NCBI GenBank assembly: GCA_900766825.1
Contig: CAAFWU010000017.1
Coordinates: forward strand, 112 to 64,111
Length of the DNA: 64,000 nucleotides
Origin: Bacteroidales bacterium
Lineage (GTDB): Bacteria; Bacteroidota; Bacteroidia; Bacteroidales; Marinilabiliaceae
Reading direction: 5' to 3'
Shown here: positions 58,260 through 64,000 of the stretch, piece by piece
Layout: each line of letters starts with the position of its first letter
Position numbering within the stretch: the stretch's first letter is position 1
The notes under the pieces: model-generated
Told to the model about the DNA's origin: nothing
The model's database searches: none
Seen by the model: only the letters and a program-made list of their open reading frames with translations
Position numbers and translations under genes: made by a program

Positions 58260-60899
58260 ATGACTGCCAACGAAGTTCGTCAAAGCTTCTTGGACTTCTT
58301 CGCATCGAAGGGTCACAAGATCGTCCCCTCGGCCCCCATGGTCATCAAGGGCGACCCCACGCTGATGTTCACCAACGCGGGTATGAACCAGTTTAAGGAC
58401 ATCATCCTGGGTAATGTGCCCATCACGGCCAATCGTGTTGCCGACTCGCAAAAGTGCTTGCGCGTCTCTGGCAAACACAACGACCTTGAGGAGGTGGGAC
58501 ACGACACTTACCACCACACCATGTTCGAGATGTTGGGCAACTGGTCCTTCGGCAACTACTTTAAAGAGGACGCCATAGCCTTTGCATGGGAGTTCCTCAC
58601 CGAGGTTATCAAGCTGGACAAGGATCGCCTCTACGTAACCATCTTCGAGGGTGCGACCGATGAGGGTGTGGCACGCGACGAGGAGGCCTACAACGCTTGG
58701 GCCCAGCACGTTAGCCCCGACCGCATAATCGATGGCAACAAGCACGACAACTTCTGGGAGATGGGCGACACGGGCCCATGTGGTCCCTGCTCCGAGATTC
58801 ACATTGACATGCGCCCAGATGAGGAGCGTAAGCAGGTCAGTGGCCGCGACCTCGTTAATAAGGACAACCCCCAGGTCATTGAGATCTGGAACCTCGTCTT
58901 CATGCAGTATAACCGTAAGGCCAATGGTCAACTCGAGCCCCTCCCCAATCACCACGTGGACACTGGCATGGGCTTCGAGCGCTTGGTGCGTGCCGTTCAG
59001 CATAAGACCTCAAACTACGATACCGACGTCTTCACACCCCTGCTCGATAAGATTGCCGAGCTCAGTGGCGTGAAGTATGGTGCTGCCGAGAAGACCGATG
59101 TGGCCATGCGCGTAATGGCCGACCACATCCGAACCATTGCCTTCTCCATAACCGACGGTCAGCTCCCAAGCAACAACAAGGCTGGCTACGTCATCCGCCG
59201 CATCCTCCGCCGTGCCGTGCGCTACAACTACACCTTCCTCGGCGGCAAAGAGACCACCCTCTACAAACTCGTGCCCACCCTCGTGGAGACCATGGGCGGT
59301 GCCTACCCCGAACTCAAGGCCCAGCAGGAACTCGTAACCAAGGTCATCAAGGAGGAGGAGGAGAGCTTCCTCAAGACCCTTGCCACAGGCATCAACATGC
59401 TCGGTGGCATCATGGCCGACGTAAAGAAAAAGAACGGCAACACCGTGAGCGGTCGCGTAGCCTTCGAACTCTATGACACCTACGGTTTCCCCCTCGACCT
59501 CACCGAACTCATCCTCCGCGAGAACGGTCTGCAGACCGATGTTGAGGAGTTCAACCGCGAGATGGCTGCCCAAAAGGACCGTGCCCGTAATGCCACAGCC
59601 ATCGAGGCTGGCGACTGGGTAACCCTCGACCCCAAGGCCGACAAAGAGGACTTCCTTGGTTACGACCAACTGGAGGCCGACGTCCACATTGTTCGCTATC
59701 GCAAGGTAAAGGCCAAGAACAAGGAGCAGTTCCAAGTTATCTTCAACGCCACCCCATTCTATGGCGAGAGCGGTGGTCAGGTGGGCGACACTGGTACCAT
59801 AACCGACGCCTCGGGCAAGGTAACCAAGGTCATCGACACCATCAAGGAGAATAACCTCATCACCCATATCTGCGCCGAGCTCCCCGCCGATGTTGAGCAT
59901 CCTGTCCATGTGGCTGTCGATGTCCATCGTCGTCAGCTCATTGCCAACAACCACTCTGCCACCCACCTTCTGCAGGAGGCCCTCCGTACCGTGCTGGGCA
60001 GCCATGTGGAGCAGAAGGGTTCATTTGTAACCGCAGACTCTCTGCGCTTCGACTTCAGCCACTTCCAAAAGGTAACCGACGAGGAGTTGGCTCAGGTGGA
60101 GAAACTCGTCAACCAAAAGATACGCAGCAACATGCCCCTCGAGGAGCAGCGCGCCATGCCCATTGAGGAGGCCCGTAAGCTCGGTGCCATGTCGCTCTTT
60201 GGCGAAAAGTATGGCGACAAGGTCCGCGTTGTTAAGTTCGGCACCTCTGTTGAGTTCTGTGGTGGCACCCACGTTCAGGCCACAGGCTGCATAGGTTTCT
60301 TCAAGATCATTGCCGAGAGCTCCGTATCCGCTGGCGTGCGCCGTATCGAGGCCATCACGGCCGACGGTGCCGACCGTTTCGTCAACGGCTTGGTTGAGAC
60401 CATACGCGATCTGGGCGAGGCACTCAAGGGCAGCAAAGATCTCCGCAAGAGCATAGAACAGTTGGTTCGCAACAACACCAAGCTGCAAGAGAAGGCCGAG
60501 ACCATGATGACCAGCATCATTGCCGCCGAGAAGGAGAGCCTAAAGCGCGATGCCGAGACCTTTGGCAGCCGTGTCCTCATCGTCTCCGAGGTCAAGCCCA
60601 TCTTTGCCGAGAAGCTTCGCGACCTGGCCTATCAGCTCCGTGGCGAGTACGACGAGGCGGTCATTGTACTCGGCTGCACAGTGGAGGATAAGCCTCAGCT
60701 GCTCATCCTCATCACCGACAATCTGGTCAAAGAGCTCGGTCTCAACGCTGGCGTAACCATTCGAGACGTTGCCAAGTTCATCCAAGGCGGTGGTGGTGGT
60801 CAGCCCTTCTTCGCAACCGCAGGTGGCAAGAACCCCGCTGGTCTCGAAGCCGCCCTCCGCGAAGCACGCTACTTCTTTGCTTCCAAACTCAAGGCCTAA
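58260..60899 (+). CDS. alaS: Alanine--tRNA ligase
   Basis: 879 aa with the N-terminus [20 protein letters not shown] and [18 protein letters not shown]-like motifs, an editing-domain HxxxH (HSATHLL) and a DHHA1 C-terminus. Confidence 0.97.
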   Translation: MTANEVRQSFLDFFASKGHKIVPSAPMVIKGDPTLMFTNAGMNQFKDIILGNVPITANRVADSQKCLRVSGKHNDLEEVGHDTYHHTMFEMLGNWSFGNYFKEDAIAFAWEFLTEVIKLDKDRLYVTIFEGATDEGVARDEEAYNAWAQHVSPDRIIDGNKHDNFWEMGDTGPCGPCSEIHIDMRPDEERKQVSGRDLVNKDNPQVIEIWNLVFMQYNRKANGQLEPLPNHHVDTGMGFERLVRAVQHKTSNYDTDVFTPLLDKIAELSGVKYGAAEKTDVAMRVMADHIRTIAFSITDGQLPSNNKAGYVIRRILRRAVRYNYTFLGGKETTLYKLVPTLVETMGGAYPELKAQQELVTKVIKEEEESFLKTLATGINMLGGIMADVKKKNGNTVSGRVAFELYDTYGFPLDLTELILRENGLQTDVEEFNREMAAQKDRARNATAIEAGDWVTLDPKADKEDFLGYDQLEADVHIVRYRKVKAKNKEQFQVIFNATPFYGESGGQVGDTGTITDASGKVTKVIDTIKENNLITHICAELPADVEHPVHVAVDVHRRQLIANNHSATHLLQEALRTVLGSHVEQKGSFVTADSLRFDFSHFQKVTDEELAQVEKLVNQKIRSNMPLEEQRAMPIEEARKLGAMSLFGEKYGDKVRVVKFGTSVEFCGGTHVQATGCIGFFKIIAESSVSAGVRRIEAITADGADRFVNGLVETIRDLGEALKGSKDLRKSIEQLVRNNTKLQEKAETMMTSIIAAEKESLKRDAETFGSRVLIVSEVKPIFAEKLRDLAYQLRGEYDEAVIVLGCTVEDKPQLLILITDNLVKELGLNAGVTIRDVAKFIQGGGGGQPFFATAGGKNPAGLEAALREARYFFASKLKA

Positions 60900-60922
60900 A
60901 GCCTTTGGTGAAACATAATAAC

Positions 60923-60971
60923 ATAGGCGACGCCTACCAGTCTTTTGGGTGGGCGTCGCCTATTTTTTTTT
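60923..60971 (+). terminator. Rho-independent terminator after alaS
   Basis: Stem ATAGGCGACGCC / GGCGTCGCCTAT followed by T9. Confidence 0.8.
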
Positions 60972-61036
60972 CGTCGAAGTGAATTGTAGGACTGCTCTCA
61001 GTTGACGTAATGGTATTGGTACGTTAACCGTGACCC

Positions 61037-62005
61037 TTACATTAGTTTTCTAACACTCTCAATATCAACATTGAGAATTGCTGCAACACTCTCTGGCGGC
61101 ACACCATTCTTTAGGAGAGCACTGATGGCATTATTCGCCATCGCTTCACTCTTCGTCTTTATCGCTTCGTTCTCTGCTTTTATTTGCTCATTCTCAGTCT
61201 TTATTTTAGCATTTTCCGTCTTATACTCCTCAATTTGAGCGTCTTGGTAATCAAACTCCGATAATATCTCGCTCTCAATTTGCATGGTGTGCAACATACT
61301 GGGGGAGGCTGAACCTTCCAACAAACGCTTCTTTACTGTTTCGTACCCACTGTCGTTAATGATTTCTGTTGAATCGGGTACAGTTATTAGTCTTCTGTTC
61401 TCTGGCACAACGTTTCGCTGGTCGAATATGCTAAGTATTCGCTCGGTAGCATTGCGTGGCTTTGGGGCAAGGCGTGGTATCTGCACAATTATGAGGTCGT
61501 GCGTAAGGCTACGTATGAAATCACCTTTACCACTATCTTCTATTGGTTTCCCATCGAAGTCCGTCATGGTGTTGCCCCTGCAGTAGATAATAGGCTCTTC
61601 TGTCTCTGATATTTTATATCCCAAAAGATAGATAGCCACAATGTGCATAGGCGTCTCGCCATCCTGACATAGGTTCTTGTCGTTGCTATATTGCCCACCC
61701 AAATATTTACGGAAGCGAATAAGTTCCGACTTAAGCCAAACCTTTTGTAGTTCAATGCATACGTCCTCCTCTTGACCATCATCCAAAACAACGGTGGCAG
61801 CATAATCCAGTCGGTAAACATTCAACCCGTTGGAACTGGTATCGGGTCTAACGTTGATGTTATCGATACTCTCTTGAGGACGTTGCACAAGTTTCACCAC
61901 CTGCCTCTTGAGTAACCTTGAGAGCAGGACACGGGCTGACTTTTCATCCTCCATTAGGAATTTAAAAGAGCTATCGAATATGGGATTCAGAACATTCATT
62001 ATCAA
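61037..62005 (-). CDS. PD-(D/E)XK nuclease-family transposase-like protein (Rpn/PDDEXK_2-like)
   Basis: 322 aa with the N-terminus NPIFDSSFKFLM and the nuclease motif LDYAA...CIELQK. The C-terminal coiled-coil carries the EN..IK..NE repeat (ENAKIKTENEQIKAENEAIKTKSE). GC content is low. Confidence 0.6.
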   Translation of the reverse strand: MIMNVLNPIFDSSFKFLMEDEKSARVLLSRLLKRQVVKLVQRPQESIDNINVRPDTSSNGLNVYRLDYAATVVLDDGQEEDVCIELQKVWLKSELIRFRKYLGGQYSNDKNLCQDGETPMHIVAIYLLGYKISETEEPIIYCRGNTMTDFDGKPIEDSGKGDFIRSLTHDLIIVQIPRLAPKPRNATERILSIFDQRNVVPENRRLITVPDSTEIINDSGYETVKKRLLEGSASPSMLHTMQIESEILSEFDYQDAQIEEYKTENAKIKTENEQIKAENEAIKTKSEAMANNAISALLKNGVPPESVAAILNVDIESVRKLM

Positions 62006-62324
62006 TTGCCTTTAACCACAACTGTAAATATAGCAAAAAGAATTGCATATCCTATTTCTGTTTCATTTTCTCTATTCAACCCTTTGCACAAATTTACATT
62101 TATTGCACATGGTCGGTGCAAATGCCAAAATAACAGCCCGAACAGTAAAAAAACTGTTATAGTTCTTTTCCATGGGGAAAAGATACTATTGTTATAAACA
62201 ATAGTGTATCGTTTAGCAATAAGTTTTTTAGTTAGCATCAGACTATTCTCCACTGGGTTTGTCGGGTGCGCCCTAAAAACGCCTCCTTTTCGCAGTGAAT
62301 CGGAGGCGTTGTACAAATAGGTTC

Positions 62325-62744
62325 TTAATTCAAAGCCGTGATATATGAGTGGCGAATCACTTCTTCAAAAGATTTTGAGTTGATCTTTAGATTGTCCCAT
62401 ATTTCATGTACAGAACTAAATTCTGCAATCACCTCAATAGGTTCGTCATGAGTGTCGTTGTCACATTGCCACCCAATGTAATTAGACCATTCCTTATGTC
62501 GAGGAAGGATTTTGACTCTTATGGGAATGGATTCTGTGTGTATGCCGTAAAAGGTGTCTGTTTCAGGATAGTAAAAAGCTAGATTCAAACCTATTTCTTC
62601 TACATGATATCTAAAAGCCTCTCTTGACACTAACGTTCTTGCTTCACTAAGCATTCTTTCACGAAAGCCTAGTTCGTCTTCGTATACGTGTTGTCCAGGA
62701 CCTCTAAAGTCTCTGATTGCGATTACCCGTTTCCTTTCTATCAT
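62325..62744 (-). CDS. Hypothetical protein (third gene of DUF4417-headed operon)
   Basis: 139 aa. Its ATG overlaps the upstream stop (4-nt overlap). I recognise no family. Confidence 0.5.
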   Translation of the reverse strand: MIERKRVIAIRDFRGPGQHVYEDELGFRERMLSEARTLVSREAFRYHVEEIGLNLAFYYPETDTFYGIHTESIPIRVKILPRHKEWSNYIGWQCDNDTHDEPIEVIAEFSSVHEIWDNLKINSKSFEEVIRHSYITALN

Positions 62745-63202
62745 TTTTTACATGTATTCCTTTGCTTGTTAAACTTTTGTATTTCGCTTATCAACTGGTT
62801 ATACCCACTAGGTATGGGTAAATGGCTGTTTCCCTCTGTGGGTTTCCGATGCATGTCACCATTTTCGGCTTGATACCACTCGTGAGAATGCGAGTTTGCC
62901 TCTTTCCCATTATAGGGTTTGACATTTCCATTCTGATCGAACTTTAGGTTGATTTCAAGACCAATTTTGTGTCTTGAAAAGTCATTGATGTTTAACACTG
63001 TCAATGAACCGTCAGGATTTCTCTTCGCCATCAAATAGATTGGACTTTCAGAATTAGAGTTCATAATGTTCTTTGTTTGATCGGTAACTCCATCTTGCAA
63101 AAGAACTTTATGACCTAAAATCGTGTGCCCTGTTTCGATATGAGTACGACGCTCAGCAGGTACACCTCCAGACTCTTTGTCGTAAGAACCGTTTGCTCCC
63201 AT
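62741..63202 (-). CDS. Hypothetical protein (second gene of operon)
   Basis: 153 aa. It starts 2 nt after the upstream stop. It is His-rich (THIETGHTILGH, SHSHEW) and I recognise no family. Confidence 0.5.
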   Translation of the reverse strand: MGANGSYDKESGGVPAERRTHIETGHTILGHKVLLQDGVTDQTKNIMNSNSESPIYLMAKRNPDGSLTVLNINDFSRHKIGLEINLKFDQNGNVKPYNGKEANSHSHEWYQAENGDMHRKPTEGNSHLPIPSGYNQLISEIQKFNKQRNTCKK

Positions 63203-63204
63203 GT

Positions 63205-63894
63205 TTATACTCTATTGTTGTTAACGTAATAAGTGCTGATATCTGCCATTTCTCCTTCAATGAATCCCCCATACCTAAGTATGTGCGTATGGTGAAGGAT
63301 GTTATACATAGCCCAATAGCCATCAAGCCATGTCTTTTTTGCCCTTTTGTCATGACAAACACCTGTGCTGTTTATCGCAATAACCGATTCACGAGGCCAG
63401 CCCTCCATATACCTTTCGATATTATGCAGGTCATCACTCCAAGATGGTGATGCAATAACCGACACTCCATACCTCTGGTAGAATGCAGCCAAGAGTTTGT
63501 TCCTAAAATCATTCCATTGTCTCTGGGATTCAACCATATTTGTAAGTATTGAGTAATCTGTTGAAATAATGCCAGCCAAACTCTTGAAAGTTTTAATGTA
63601 CGAGAAAGGTCTATTCCATACTTTCTCGAAGTTCTTGTCCGCAGTGTAAAAGTGCGCAAATAGTCGCTTTTTTTTGTTAGATGCAACATTCTTTAAGCGG
63701 CTGAGCGTAGTTATTTCCTCTGGAGGAACAATGTGGTTAGGCTTGACAATTGGGAGCTGATGTTTAGAAGTAAACTCAATACCTTTGCACAAATGCAAGT
63801 GCAATGGTCCCAAATCAGGAATGTCTTCTTTTACAACATCTTGCGTATCTTCTGGAAAATACAAAGGCAGTATTGTTTGTATAGGGTATATCAT
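63205..63894 (-). CDS. DUF4417-like protein
   Basis: 229 aa. The motif LFAHFYTADKNFEKVWNRPFSYIKTFKSLAGIISTDYSI resembles the FHFY.DD..FE..W..P...v..PDFS core I associate with DUF4417. Confidence 0.5.
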   Translation of the reverse strand: MIYPIQTILPLYFPEDTQDVVKEDIPDLGPLHLHLCKGIEFTSKHQLPIVKPNHIVPPEEITTLSRLKNVASNKKKRLFAHFYTADKNFEKVWNRPFSYIKTFKSLAGIISTDYSILTNMVESQRQWNDFRNKLLAAFYQRYGVSVIASPSWSDDLHNIERYMEGWPRESVIAINSTGVCHDKRAKKTWLDGYWAMYNILHHTHILRYGGFIEGEMADISTYYVNNNRV

Positions 63895-64000
63895 AATTTA
63901 TTTTTTATGATTACTATTAAAAAAACTACAAATGCGCCGATTTTCCAGATACAAGCATCTATCTTGCAAAAAAGATGTAATTTCGCAAGTTGAAAAGTAT

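Overview
The window is a chromosomal segment of a Bacteroidales bacterium, probably Prevotella-like. Supporting signs are TAnnTTTG -7 promoter boxes, no Shine-Dalgarno sequences, an S46 dipeptidyl-peptidase, a hybrid two-component sensor with an AraC output, and a GH57/GT35 glycogen cluster. The GC-rich core blocks are: (1) DUF2807/GIN-domain proteins, a membrane protein and a YtrA-type GntR regulator; (2) rimP-nusA-infB; (3) an AmpG-like MFS transporter; (4) an S46 peptidase; (5) fucO; (6) a TetR-TolC-MFP-RND efflux operon; (7) tsaE; (8) an alanine-dehydrogenase-like gene; (9) a glycogen cluster of debranching enzyme, GT4 synthase, GH57 and phosphorylase; (10) an M28/glutaminyl-cyclase-like peptidase; (11) hrpB; (12) a membrane AraC regulator; (13) alaS. 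There are two accessory regions. Region (i), about 9.8-24.6 kb, is bounded by tRNA-Arg(TCT) and two tandem initiator tRNA-Met genes. It holds four tandem, diverged paralogous lipoproteins built from YD/RHS-like repeats. It also holds a low-GC island of about 5.7 kb encoding an Eco57I-like type IIG restriction-modification system (XRE controller, 1006-aa REase/MTase, 607-aa MTase). That island has truncated a fifth lipoprotein paralogue and is bracketed by a roughly 240-bp imperfect direct repeat (terminator, promoter and signal-peptide module). Other features there are a C8A8 homopolymer that can fuse two reading frames, a GTGGACCAAA iteron cluster, a WYL-domain regulator and an AAA/DUF4143 ATPase. 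Region (ii), 61-64 kb, is low-GC. It carries a PD-(D/E)XK transposase-like gene and a tightly coupled three-gene operon headed by a DUF4417-like protein. I saw no CRISPR array, rRNA, integrase or DDE transposase. All family assignments come from motif recognition by eye, not from database searches.
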